Shown here piece after piece: positions 8,756 to 17,981 of a DNA stretch of 53,613 nucleotides; within the stretch, counting starts at the first letter, position 1, and each line of letters starts with the position of its first letter. Position numbers and translations under genes: made by a program. The stretch is from a virus. Its lineage: Duplodnaviria; Caudoviricetes. A model generated the notes under the pieces. It made no database searches. It was not told where the DNA came from and saw only the letters and a list, made by a program, of their open reading frames with translations. The stretch lies in IMG/VR virus record IMGVR_UViG_3300009184_002810, positions 1 through 53,613 of that record; one strand, 5' to 3'.

Positions 8756-11098
8756 TTATTTTGTAGTTTGACCGTAAACAGTGGATGAATGCTTTGTAGC
8801 AGACCTAGCTATAACATCTCCGTCTACTGTAGTGTAGACAACAAGTTCGATAGGTGCATTACTGGTCCCGGCATTACTACTTGAACTGTCTCCTGAAGCT
8901 TTATATTGCTTAGATCCATTTTCAACATTATTACTAATAGATCCTGCTGGCGCGCCGCCTAGAGAATTGGTAGTTGCTCTAATACTACCTGCTAATCCGC
9001 CAGAACCAGATCTAACTGATTCAGCCATTCCCTGCCATTTATCTTTATCTGTAAAAGGTAAGTGGCTAATACCGTCAAGCATCGTAGCTATAATTTCGCC
9101 AATCATACTAATTGTACTTGCAAGTTTATCGGCCATTCCTTTGATAAAGTTGTTTACTTTTACTGGATCGGTAATAAATTCAAATAAGCCTGAGTTTCTT
9201 AAGAAGTCTACAAAAGTCTTCTTGATTCTTTCCATTACTTCAGAGAGCTTTTCTGCTGTACTTACTTGAGTATAGGTGTTATATGCATCTTTACCTATCA
9301 TAGCACTAATCTGCTCCTGTGTTTTACCTTGCTTCTCTAATAATTCTATTTTTTTATTAAAAGTTTCTACGTCTGTAGCACCTAGTTTAGAGTATAGCGT
9401 CTGCTTCTTTAAAACATCTGCAAGACTGTCTCTTGACATACCAACAGAGCTAGCAATTGCCTCTTGCTGAATCCTATTCATCTTTAAATAGGCATTTGCA
9501 TCACCTATATTCTTAGTTATCTCTGATGCAAGCTTTGCATTATCGTTATTTAAAGCAGCCTCTCTTGCAGCTGTAAGGTTCATATCCTTACCCGTTAAGA
9601 CCTGTGCTTCCATCTCTTTAGAAATACTTCCTTCAAAGTCTAAGAAACTTTCTGCTGTACTGTCTAGCTGTTTTAAGTCAAATCCAAGAGTCTTTACTGA
9701 TAAAATAGCTTTAGTGAGTTTTTCTGGATATTTAGCGAATGTTAAACCCATTACTCCGGCCATCTTGGAAGCCTCTCCTATAATATCATTAAACTTAAAG
9801 CTAGTTCCTACTAGTTTATTAAATGCACCTACAGTGCCTATTACACCTTGCGTTAATTTAGTTGCATTACGTCCTGTTACGATAGATGATTCTGCAATCT
9901 TCTGTCTTGATTCTGCCTCTAATCCTAAAATATCTCTTAACTTAACGTCGTTTACTAAAATATCGGCGCTTAATTGCTTATTGGTACCTAATTGCTTACT
10001 AATCTCTACTTGAGATTGTAGCATTCTAGTAGAGTTAACTACTATGTTATCACTTGCTGCAGCAATGCCGTCAAATTGCTTTCTCATACTGTCGGCTGCG
10101 CCGGCTGAAATATTTAAAGCTCTACCGACTCTAAAGTTTGCCTGTTCTACGCCTAGTACAGCATCAAGCATTGCTTTAAACCCATCTACTAATCCTCCTA
10201 AAAGGCCACCTATGAATGGAATCTTACTTAAAATACTACTAAGTCCTCCTAGTATACTAGTTGCACCTGATGCTTTAGCTTTACCGCCTCCCATACCTAA
10301 ATCATCACCGGTAAGTAAGCCTGCTGCATCTGCAAGCGGAGCTGACAGTCCTGCTTTAATTTGATTACCCAATTCTTTGAAAGGTGCTGCCATAGCTTTT
10401 ACAGCTTTTACTACTGCTGCTGCTGCCATACCGTATGGTCCTAATGCTCCCGAACCTCCTGCTTGTTCTACAGTATCTAATAACCCACCACCTCCTGCTC
10501 CTCCTTTTCCGCCAGGCGTGCCTATTTGATTACCGCCGCCTGCATTTGCTCTAGCGATACTTACACTGAGGTCTTTTCTTTCTTTTGATCTAAAGAGGTC
10601 CATTATCTTACCCCCAAGACCTCTCTCTTTATTAATATCTTTAATTAACTGTTTTTCAGTCTTAAGGCCCTGTGATTTAATGTCAATTTCTTGCTTGGCT
10701 TTTAGTAAAGCGACTGCTGTTGTCTTCTCTAACTCTGTTCTTTCTAATTGACGAGCTGCTATTATAGCTTGCTGTTGTTGAAGCTGATCTTCTATTTCTT
10801 GTTTTCGAAAACCGTTAGCTGTTTTTAAGTCTCCTTGAAGTTGTCCCTGTTGCCTGAGAGCATTATTTAACTCGTCAGCTCCTCTTTTATAATCCTCAAT
10901 ATCTTCTAGCTGAGATTCGGTGAGTTTATTAATAGCTTCTTGAACTGTCTGAGATTGCCTATCTGCTTCTCTAATCTGAAGTTTTAGACGCAGGATGTTA
11001 GCTAACCCAAGTTCTTCAGCTTGTAAAGCTTTTACTTTGGTAGGATCTGCTGCGTTTGCAAGTCTCTCTTCTGCGGATTTTGGTTTGTTATCAGCCAT
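8756..11098 (-). CDS. Tail tape measure protein
   Basis: 780 aa, Ala/Gly/Lys-rich and helical; directly after the tail chaperone pair. Confidence 0.8.
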   Translation of the reverse strand: MADNKPKSAEERLANAADPTKVKALQAEELGLANILRLKLQIREADRQSQTVQEAINKLTESQLEDIEDYKRGADELNNALRQQGQLQGDLKTANGFRKQEIEDQLQQQQAIIAARQLERTELEKTTAVALLKAKQEIDIKSQGLKTEKQLIKDINKERGLGGKIMDLFRSKERKDLSVSIARANAGGGNQIGTPGGKGGAGGGGLLDTVEQAGGSGALGPYGMAAAAVVKAVKAMAAPFKELGNQIKAGLSAPLADAAGLLTGDDLGMGGGKAKASGATSILGGLSSILSKIPFIGGLLGGLVDGFKAMLDAVLGVEQANFRVGRALNISAGAADSMRKQFDGIAAASDNIVVNSTRMLQSQVEISKQLGTNKQLSADILVNDVKLRDILGLEAESRQKIAESSIVTGRNATKLTQGVIGTVGAFNKLVGTSFKFNDIIGEASKMAGVMGLTFAKYPEKLTKAILSVKTLGFDLKQLDSTAESFLDFEGSISKEMEAQVLTGKDMNLTAAREAALNNDNAKLASEITKNIGDANAYLKMNRIQQEAIASSVGMSRDSLADVLKKQTLYSKLGATDVETFNKKIELLEKQGKTQEQISAMIGKDAYNTYTQVSTAEKLSEVMERIKKTFVDFLRNSGLFEFITDPVKVNNFIKGMADKLASTISMIGEIIATMLDGISHLPFTDKDKWQGMAESVRSGSGGLAGSIRATTNSLGGAPAGSISNNVENGSKQYKASGDSSSSNAGTSNAPIELVVYTTVDGDVIARSATKHSSTVYGQTTK

Positions 11099-11117
11099 AC
11101 TGTATTAAACTATACAA

Positions 11118-11124
11118 ATAAATA
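11118..11124 (-). promoter_or_regulatory. Putative late promoter motif TATTTAT (tape measure operon)
   Basis: Motif about 20 nt upstream of the ATG; recurs before at least 11 genes. Confidence 0.55.
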
Positions 11125-11129
11125 GCTAT

Positions 11130-11408
11130 TTACTTCCTTTTTACCTTAGATGTATAGGTAGGAGTATCGTTTGGCGCCTTTACGTTAGGCTTAGTGATTA
11201 GAGGTTTGTTAGCAGTTACCATTTGCTGGTCGTTTCGGATCTCTTGAAGCTTTTCTAGATGCTCATTAATGAACTGTATATTAAGTCTTCTCTCGCGAAT
11301 AGGCATCTCCATGACTTCAGACCACGAAAAGCCTCCGCCGCCATGGTAAGTAAGTTCAAAAACTTCTTTTTTATAGATTTGTCTGTACTCAGGTCCCGGG
11401 AAAAAAAA
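11130..11408 (-). CDS. Frameshift extension of tail assembly chaperone (gpT / gp51-like segment)
   Basis: The +1 frame is open from the U9 tract (FFPGPEYRQIYKKEVFELTYHGGGGFSWSEVMEMPIRERR...). The ORF track only calls it from the internal Met at 11312. Confidence 0.7.
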   Translation of the reverse strand, partial: FFFPGPEYRQIYKKEVFELTYHGGGGFSWSEVMEMPIRERRLNIQFINEHLEKLQEIRNDQQMVTANKPLITKPNVKAPNDTPTYTSKVKRK

Positions 11409-12141
11409 ATTCCGCCGTTAAAGGCAAACTTTGTGTAATTTCTTTACCGTTTAATAAGGTAAAATTGATTGTAAGATCGATATCTGGTGATATAGTTGTA
11501 ATATAGGATCGCAGTGGATTAGAGTCTTTGGCGATTAAAAAGTTATCTACAAAATCTCTAACATCTTTAGGTTCGTAATTACCGTTTACAGATAAAATTT
11601 GATGCTTTAAACGGGAAGTAACCTCACCTACTGCAATATTGGCTTTCTTTAAACCTTTTGCTTCGGCTTCAATAGCCTTCTCATCGCTTACAGTAAGTAA
11701 TTTGAAAGTTATAGTGTTTTTAGAATGAGGTAAGTTAAAAGTAAACTCGTTCTTATTATTATATAAAGAATAATCTACTTCTTTATTCTTCAAATCGTTT
11801 AAATCGATGTTAATAGTCTCTTTAGACTCTGATTCTGAATCATAATACTCAAAACTATAGGCAGAACCGTAAGCTAAAATACGAGCTGCAATTAATAGAG
11901 AGTTTCTATCTCCTAATAATAAATCCTCATATTTGATAGGAGACTTAATAATAGACTGTAACATTTTTTCAATTGCTACACCTTGTCTTAATAAGTTAAT
12001 GTTTGTAAGTATATCCTCTTCTCTTGCTGTCATATACTTCATTTCGATAGTACCAGACGATAAAGGATTAGTAATATCGTAGATTTTACCTTGAGAAGGT
12101 AATTCAATCATCTCTGTAGGAAGTGTAAACTTTTCTGCCAT
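11389..12141 (-). CDS. Tail/baseplate assembly chaperone (T4 gp26-like)
   Basis: IELPSQG...MTAREEDIL...ARILAYG...FNLPHSK; ends EFFFPGT*; lies between tube and tape measure. Confidence 0.75.
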   Translation of the reverse strand: MAEKFTLPTEMIELPSQGKIYDITNPLSSGTIEMKYMTAREEDILTNINLLRQGVAIEKMLQSIIKSPIKYEDLLLGDRNSLLIAARILAYGSAYSFEYYDSESESKETINIDLNDLKNKEVDYSLYNNKNEFTFNLPHSKNTITFKLLTVSDEKAIEAEAKGLKKANIAVGEVTSRLKHQILSVNGNYEPKDVRDFVDNFLIAKDSNPLRSYITTISPDIDLTINFTLLNGKEITQSLPLTAEFFFPGT

Positions 12142-12163
12142 AATCTTAATTTGTTATATACTA

Positions 12164-12170
12164 ATAAATA
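12164..12170 (-). promoter_or_regulatory. Putative late promoter motif TATTTAT
   Basis: About 23 nt upstream of the chaperone ATG. Confidence 0.55.
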
Positions 12171-12193
12171 TATAGGGTTATAATTTTTAGTAC

Positions 12194-12493
12194 TTATTTT
12201 TTAAAAAACTTTATAACCATTCCGAAAATATCTCCTATAATAGTCATATACACGAGCATCATAACTGTATAAAATACAGCGGAATATGCAAAATACATAG
12301 AAAATCCTGTCCAGGTTCCATCTGTACATAATGCATGTATCATTTCAAAGGTAAGTGCGGTAACACCTGCACATACTATAATCCCTAGTATAATGAATAG
12401 GATACCCCCTATAAACATTAACGGTATCCAGAAGATTCTTATGAAAATCCCTAAGCAAACTAGGAGGAAGGTGTATAATAAGAACGTTACCAT
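12194..12493 (-). CDS. Small multi-pass membrane protein (moron-like)
   Basis: 99 aa, almost entirely hydrophobic, about 3 TM segments; has its own upstream promoter. Confidence 0.65.
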   Translation of the reverse strand: MVTFLLYTFLLVCLGIFIRIFWIPLMFIGGILFIILGIIVCAGVTALTFEMIHALCTDGTWTGFSMYFAYSAVFYTVMMLVYMTIIGDIFGMVIKFFKK

Positions 12494-12511
12494 AACTTTT
12501 ATTTTTATACC

Positions 12512-12543
12512 TAAATATAAGTACTTTATCTTAATATACCAAC
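12512..12543 (-). promoter_or_regulatory. Putative Bacteroidota-type promoter
   Basis: GTTG-N20-TATATTTA, followed by AATAAAAGTTATG identical to the polymerase start context. Confidence 0.55.
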
Positions 12544-12553
12544 TTTTTTACAT

Positions 12554-12580
12554 AAAAAAACCGCCAAAAAGGCGGCTTTC
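12554..12580 (-). terminator. Rho-independent terminator after the tail tube gene
   Basis: Minus strand reads GAAAGCCGCC-TTTTT-GGCGG-TTTTTTT: GC stem followed by a U tract. Confidence 0.85.
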
Positions 12581-12597
12581 TTAATATTCTTAATCGA

Positions 12598-13083
12598 TTA
12601 GTAGTTAAGGATACAATAATCCATTCCGATTTGTAATTCAATTGTGATAGCATCTTGGTTAGACCAATCGTAAGAACCGAAGTTTGATGTCTTAATGAAA
12701 GCTCCTTTAATAATCCACTCTGATACTACATCGCCTACTGGGCCTAAGATTGATAAGTTCAAATCTTTCTTGTAGAAGTCAGAATAACCATCACGGCCAG
12801 TTACTGATTCATGTGATAGACGAATCCACTCCATTACGGCTTGTTGACCTGAAGGAGAGATTGGGTTGTATAAGTTTAAAGTCATATCTTGCCACTCAGC
12901 CTTACCCTTAATCTTGCGGTAAACGTTGATATGGTCGATTTTAACTTCGTTCAAGTTGATGTTTGGTGCAGTTGCACTTTTAATCATAAATGAAGGTATA
13001 CCGTCAATATACATGATGAAACGGTTCTGAACGGTTGGTTCAAAGGCCGTAAACATTATTTCATTTGGATCTAATACTGGCAT
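12598..13083 (-). CDS. Tail tube protein (T4 gp19-like)
   Basis: FEPTVQNRF...KGKAEWQDMTLNLY...WIIKGAFI...GSYDW; downstream of sheath. Confidence 0.85.
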   Translation of the reverse strand: MPVLDPNEIMFTAFEPTVQNRFIMYIDGIPSFMIKSATAPNINLNEVKIDHINVYRKIKGKAEWQDMTLNLYNPISPSGQQAVMEWIRLSHESVTGRDGYSDFYKKDLNLSILGPVGDVVSEWIIKGAFIKTSNFGSYDWSNQDAITIELQIGMDYCILNY

Positions 13084-13100
13084 TTTATTCTCTGTTTAAT

Positions 13101-13107
13101 ATAAATA
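13101..13107 (-). promoter_or_regulatory. Putative late promoter motif TATTTAT
   Basis: About 18 nt upstream of the tube ATG. Confidence 0.55.
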
Positions 13108-13126
13108 TCTACTAATGCAAAACTTA

Positions 13127-14244
13127 TTAACGGCAATAAGACATACTAACTACTGTATATTCATGTTCGTCGTTATATCTACGGCATTGACCGTTTACTA
13201 CTCTATAATCGTCATTCTCATACTCTTTTAAAGCATTTTTTTCATTCTGCGGTCCGAAAGTTTTACTTGTATCAACACCATGTCCTTGGCCAGGTGTGTT
13301 ACCTGCTTGTCTGTCCATAGCTGAACTAATTCCTTGAGCTTTCTCAAAGCTTTTTGGATACTTTTTCTTCCACCACTGATGCATTTTATCGATAGCTAAT
13401 GGTGCTAATCCCATAGCTGCCATACCTGCTGCAACTGCTTCCCAAGAAACGTCAACCATTTCATTCATTTGACCTTCTTCTGCTACGTTCGTTTCCATTT
13501 CTTTTTTCAAATTATTGCAGTATGAATGGTGAACTTTTGCTCTTTCTTGTGTTTCAGGATTAATCCTAATACAATTACCGTCTTGTAGACGATACGTATA
13601 GTCGTAGTGGTTGCTAAAATCATTTGCTTCCTCCATTTTTTTCATCTTATCGGTATCCATTTCAGCGTCTACCTCATTATACAAACCCTTAGCCATTTTC
13701 TCTTTAGAAGACATCTTCTCTTTTAAACCTGGCATTGGTGGTGCTTTAGGAGCAGAATTAGCTGATTTATTTGTAGGAACTTGTGGCATTGCAGGAGCTC
13801 CACTAGATAATGTTCTAAGTGCATCCATTGCTCTTTTAATGTTAGGATTGCTCTCTGGCTTGAACCCTTCTTTGCTCTGTAATTTTTGAGCAATATCTAA
13901 TATAGCTTTTCAAAAGTTTTTGCATCTTTAATCTCCATGTTTGCACCGGCTAAATTTAATTTATCTACAGCGGATTTTCCAGGTACTGGTGGTATTGGTG
14001 GTGCACCAGCTGCTTCTTTTTTACCGTTTTGATGCCAATTACTATCATCTACAACTACACCGCCTGGTCCGATATTTGCTGGATCTAAACCTTCAGTTTT
14101 TTCTTTTACCTGCTTAGGTGCTTTTGGTTGTTTAACTGCTACAGTATAACCGTCGTTAGCTTTTGCTTCTTTGATAATCTCTCTTGTTAGAGATTCAAAT
14201 AATTGCTTAGATAAATGTAATCTAACTTTTGTATTATTCTTCAT
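13127..14244 (-). pseudogene. Probably one hypothetical virion protein split by a 1-nt frameshift (ORFs 13897-14244 and 13127-13828)
   Basis: The downstream frame is open upstream of its Met (KAILDIAQKLQSKEGFKPESNPNIKRA-MDAL) right up to the end of the upstream ORF. One added base near 13905-13911 fuses them. Confidence 0.55.
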
Positions 14245-14265
14245 CGAGTTGTTTTTTATTCTTTA

Positions 14266-16365
14266 TTAACCGAATGTTACTCCAGTTGGTAATACGTTGA
14301 AATCTAATTGGATGTATTCAGCTGTTCTAGTTGGTTGTAAGTAAATAGCACCTACAAGTAAGTTTCTATCAATTACGTCCGGTGTGTTATTAGTCTCATC
14401 CATTACCACTCTGAATGCATATAAACCTTGTCTTTGTTGTACATACTCTAAGTAAGGGTTAACTTGAGATAAGAATTTATTTCTAGTTACAGCAGTATTT
14501 TGTTCGAATACTAATGTTTCTGCAATTTGACCAATATATCCTTTCAATGCAATTAATAATCTTCTAACATTTACTCTATCTAAAGCAGAAGCTCTAGCTT
14601 GTAAAGTCTTTTGACCATATACTACCGTACCTTGACCTGGGAATACTGCGATTGGGTTAACTTTAGCTGTATACAAAGTGTTTCTTTGTGCTACTGTTAA
14701 TCTTCTTTCAGGTTGGATTACTGTTGGTAAACCTCCTCTGTTAAGACCCGCAGGTGCAAACCACTCAGCAGATACCTTATCATTGTATTCGTATACTCCT
14801 GGAATAATAGTAGAAGCTGGTACGAAATGTAATCTACCTGTCTCTTGGGATCTTACTTGAACCCATGGCCAATAAGTAGCGCCGTAAGAATTGTCGTAAG
14901 ATTGAGCTCCAGTTGTTACTGTCGTAATATTTTGATTGTATCCAACCATATCTACTACTGCAACAGCATCACCGCGGTTTTGAACCGTGCTTAATAAAGC
15001 AGATACTTGGCTTGCAGCATTTTGATTAGTAATACCTGGTGCATAAATTGCATTATAAGCATAAGCATCTGAATTTGCAAGTAAGCTAATTGCTACATCG
15101 TAGTCATTATTAACTAAACCTTGAATATTATTAGCAGCAGCGGTTGCAGCTACTGTTGGAATTTGTTCGAATAAATTTAATGCAACAGAAGCACTTCCGT
15201 TTGATAATAAACCTCCGTATAAAGCACCAGTTGCGTTACTGAAAGATCCATTTACAGAACCGCTACCGTTTACAGGTATAGAAGCTGTGTATGCAGCATA
15301 TGCTTGTCCTTGTGGATTTAAATAGTTCGGTGTTGGCGTATTTACGTTAGATACTCTAATGTAATTAGATCTATTAGGGTAGCTGCCTGTTATATTTAAG
15401 TAAGCAGCGCCGCTTTCGTCGTAAGCTACGTTTTGAGCCTGATCTCCAATTACGTATGCAATATAGTTATTTTGATTTGGATCTAAAGATAAATTAGTCC
15501 AAGTCTCTAATACTGTTTGGCCTTGTGTATAATCGTTTCCTTGTCTAACAAGTAAGGTAAAGTACCCTGAAGCTGTATCAGCTTGAGTTACTTGCCATCT
15601 AACGTTGTTAGCAGAACCAGAAGGTAATAAACCATTAGTTGCTGTTGCTGATCCTTGGTTATTATTCATTACTGTACCTACTGATAGTGTTTCTAATTCA
15701 AAAGTATATGTAGGAGATATTCCGTTTGCAAAGGTTGCGGTAATAGAGCTAGTTGTATAGCTGAAGCTGTTACCTGCGGTTCCTTTTTCTTTTGCTGTAA
15801 AACTTACAGTGCTAGCAGAAGCATATGCAATAACACCAAGTGTACTAGTTAAAGTATTAACTTTAGTAGCAATGTTTGTTGCTGTTATTGCTGCTGTTGA
15901 ACCGGTTGTTACGTAGTATGTAGGAGCTGCATCTACCTGTGTAGTACTTGAAGTTACAAAAAATCGACTTACTGCAGATCCAGTTAATTGGAAGAAAGCG
16001 CTGTCTGTATAACTTGCTGATGTAAGCAAAGATGCTGTAAAACCAGTGTTATTAGGTACGTATGCGGTTGCTGCTGTATAAGAACCGCTCGCTACTCTTG
16101 CTACTAACAATGAAGTACCTCCTTGTTGGAAGTAGTTATATGCTGCTTGAGAAGTTAAGTATTCCTGTGTGTTACCTCCAGAAATGAAAGTAGTTCCGTA
16201 CTTAGCCTTATATTCAGAGTATGAAGTTACAAGAGTTGGTATATTTACTTTTCCTACTACTGTAGGGCCTATTAAAGCCGATCCTACTGTAATTGGACCT
16301 GCTGTTATTTGGGAAAGGTCGTTTTCTCTAAGGAAAACGCCAGGACTAATTAATGCTTCTGCCAT
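14266..16365 (-). CDS. Contractile tail sheath protein
   Basis: SPGVFLRENDLS N-terminus; YWPW, WFAPAGLNRG, VNPI, GQKTLQ, RVNVRRLL, FEQN, QPTRTAEYI. Confidence 0.95.
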   Translation of the reverse strand: MAEALISPGVFLRENDLSQITAGPITVGSALIGPTVVGKVNIPTLVTSYSEYKAKYGTTFISGGNTQEYLTSQAAYNYFQQGGTSLLVARVASGSYTAATAYVPNNTGFTASLLTSASYTDSAFFQLTGSAVSRFFVTSSTTQVDAAPTYYVTTGSTAAITATNIATKVNTLTSTLGVIAYASASTVSFTAKEKGTAGNSFSYTTSSITATFANGISPTYTFELETLSVGTVMNNNQGSATATNGLLPSGSANNVRWQVTQADTASGYFTLLVRQGNDYTQGQTVLETWTNLSLDPNQNNYIAYVIGDQAQNVAYDESGAAYLNITGSYPNRSNYIRVSNVNTPTPNYLNPQGQAYAAYTASIPVNGSGSVNGSFSNATGALYGGLLSNGSASVALNLFEQIPTVAATAAANNIQGLVNNDYDVAISLLANSDAYAYNAIYAPGITNQNAASQVSALLSTVQNRGDAVAVVDMVGYNQNITTVTTGAQSYDNSYGATYWPWVQVRSQETGRLHFVPASTIIPGVYEYNDKVSAEWFAPAGLNRGGLPTVIQPERRLTVAQRNTLYTAKVNPIAVFPGQGTVVYGQKTLQARASALDRVNVRRLLIALKGYIGQIAETLVFEQNTAVTRNKFLSQVNPYLEYVQQRQGLYAFRVVMDETNNTPDVIDRNLLVGAIYLQPTRTAEYIQLDFNVLPTGVTFG

Positions 16366-16386
16366 TTTATGTGTTTATTTCTGATA

Positions 16387-16393
16387 ATAAATA
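16387..16393 (-). promoter_or_regulatory. Putative late promoter motif TATTTAT
   Basis: About 22 nt upstream of the sheath ATG. Confidence 0.55.
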
Positions 16394-16418
16394 GCTGGTA
16401 ACGATGGCAAAACCTAAT

Positions 16419-16673
16419 TTATTGTATTGGGGTAATTACGCCGGTTTCTACATCGATAGAACCGTTACCATACTTAGTGCCAAACCCTGTTAATAAGGTT
16501 TTTTCCTTTAGAGCGTTTTGCTTAATAACGTTGTTTAAATTCTCAATTTCGAACTCTAAAAGAGTCTTTTTGTAATTTAAATCACCTAAAACTCCGATTG
16601 TTTCGAAGATTTCTTCTCTAAGACCTTGGAACTCTTTAAGTTCCTCTTGTGTTAACGTAACTTTTTCTGACAT
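16419..16673 (-). CDS. Small coiled-coil hypothetical protein
   Basis: 84 aa with heptad pattern, ending KYGNGSIDVETG. Confidence 0.6.
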   Translation of the reverse strand: MSEKVTLTQEELKEFQGLREEIFETIGVLGDLNYKKTLLEFEIENLNNVIKQNALKEKTLLTGFGTKYGNGSIDVETGVITPIQ

Positions 16674-16674
16674 T

Positions 16675-16911
16675 TTACTTGTTTTTAACTTGTTTAACTA
16701 CTGCTTTAGCGGTTTTTACGGCTTTTGCAGCTTTTTTTACTGTTTCATTCTTAGGAGCTACTTTCTCTACCTTTTCTACTACTTCTATTACTTCTTCAAC
16801 TGCTGGAGCGATTACTTCTTTTGCGTTGTTAATAGCTTTAGAGATCTTAGACTTGTTTAATAAGTAAACAGCAACTGCTGCTACTACTACAATAATGATT
16901 CCGAATAACAT
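16675..16911 (-). CDS. Small membrane-anchored Lys/Ala/Val-rich protein (start revised to ATG at 16911)
   Basis: MLFGIIIVVVAAVAVYLL TM segment; TATTTAT motif at 16938-16944 lies upstream of this ATG. Confidence 0.6.
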   Translation of the reverse strand: MLFGIIIVVVAAVAVYLLNKSKISKAINNAKEVIAPAVEEVIEVVEKVEKVAPKNETVKKAAKAVKTAKAVVKQVKNK

Positions 16912-16981
16912 AAAATTAAATTTTGGTGTTGTATTATATAAATATACGTAATAACCTGTAGACAATCAAATTTATTAGGTT

Positions 16982-17425
16982 TTAATTCCTTTTAAATCCT
17001 AGACTATTAAACAGCTTAATAGATTTTTCATTCCATTCATCTACATCGGCGTATATCGGGTACTCGTTTTCGAATCTATTAATTATATCTGAGGTAAACT
17101 CCGTACCGGTGTAGCTCTTTGTTTTAACTCTATTTTTAACAAACAAATTGAATAAGTAACTACCGTTTTTGTAGTCTTTAAACCACACGTGTCCAAATAC
17201 CCCTGAATCTACTAGTCCAATATACATTCTCATATTATCTGAGATTCTACTGTTTGCCTCTTCTAAAGTAAACATCCTATTCCATTCAATCTCTAAGTTA
17301 AAATTATTTATCGAATCTAATATATACTGTCTGTTACTTTCAAAATTAATACAATCTACTTTAATTATCGTATACTCTATTCCTAAGGGAGTAAAATCGT
17401 TTTTGCTTAAACTAAATGATATCAT
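16982..17425 (-). CDS. GNAT-family acetyltransferase-like protein
   Basis: YLFNLFV...YADVDEWNEKSIKLFNSLGF matches the GNAT C-terminal N-x-x-S-x-x-L-F-x-x-L-G-F motif. Confidence 0.7.
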   Translation of the reverse strand: MISFSLSKNDFTPLGIEYTIIKVDCINFESNRQYILDSINNFNLEIEWNRMFTLEEANSRISDNMRMYIGLVDSGVFGHVWFKDYKNGSYLFNLFVKNRVKTKSYTGTEFTSDIINRFENEYPIYADVDEWNEKSIKLFNSLGFKRN

Positions 17426-17979
17426 ATTAATCTATTTGGAACTAAATCAACTCTATACCTGTGTCCGTAAGGAAAATCTTTATTCTCTAAATCTGGTAAA
17501 TTAATATAGTCTAATAGCCTTTGAAATCCGTTATTATAATACAGTTCTTCATAGGATACTTTAAAGTAATCTTTATCTAGGTAATCTCTCTTAATCCCTT
17601 CTTTTATTTGATTAAAAAAAGCTGCATCTTCATTTTTAACTAAATTTTCCTTAAACACCCACTGTTTATCCCAGCTATTCGTCTTACTTGCATTTAACCA
17701 GGACTGGGATTGTTCGTTTTCATTTTCTCTATATAAAATAATTACTTTATTAGCTATTTCTACTAATTCAGAGAAATCTACGGCTGGATAATAGGTCTCT
17801 TTAACTAGAAGATATTGAGTACTATACTTCCATAGCTTCGGAGATACTCTATTCTGATACCATTTCCTTTGTGGGCCTGTGATTGGTTCATATAGTATTG
17901 TAAACTCTCTCTTGTCTAAAAACCAATTAGCTAAGTTAGTAGATCCACTTCTAGGTTCACATAAAAGTAAGATTACCAT
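17422..17979 (-). CDS. Sulfotransferase (Stf0-like)
   Basis: 5'-PSB loop PRSGST; ILYRENENEQSQSW 3'-PB-like motif; SYEEL. Confidence 0.75.
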   Translation of the reverse strand: MVILLLCEPRSGSTNLANWFLDKREFTILYEPITGPQRKWYQNRVSPKLWKYSTQYLLVKETYYPAVDFSELVEIANKVIILYRENENEQSQSWLNASKTNSWDKQWVFKENLVKNEDAAFFNQIKEGIKRDYLDKDYFKVSYEELYYNNGFQRLLDYINLPDLENKDFPYGHRYRVDLVPNRLI

Positions 17980-17981
17980 TT

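Noticed and set aside
13099-13107. T4-type late promoter TATAAATA driving plus-strand transcripts
   Set aside because: The adjacent genes are on the minus strand and begin about 20 nt away on that side. The palindrome at 24146-24159 supports TATTTAT as the sense orientation.
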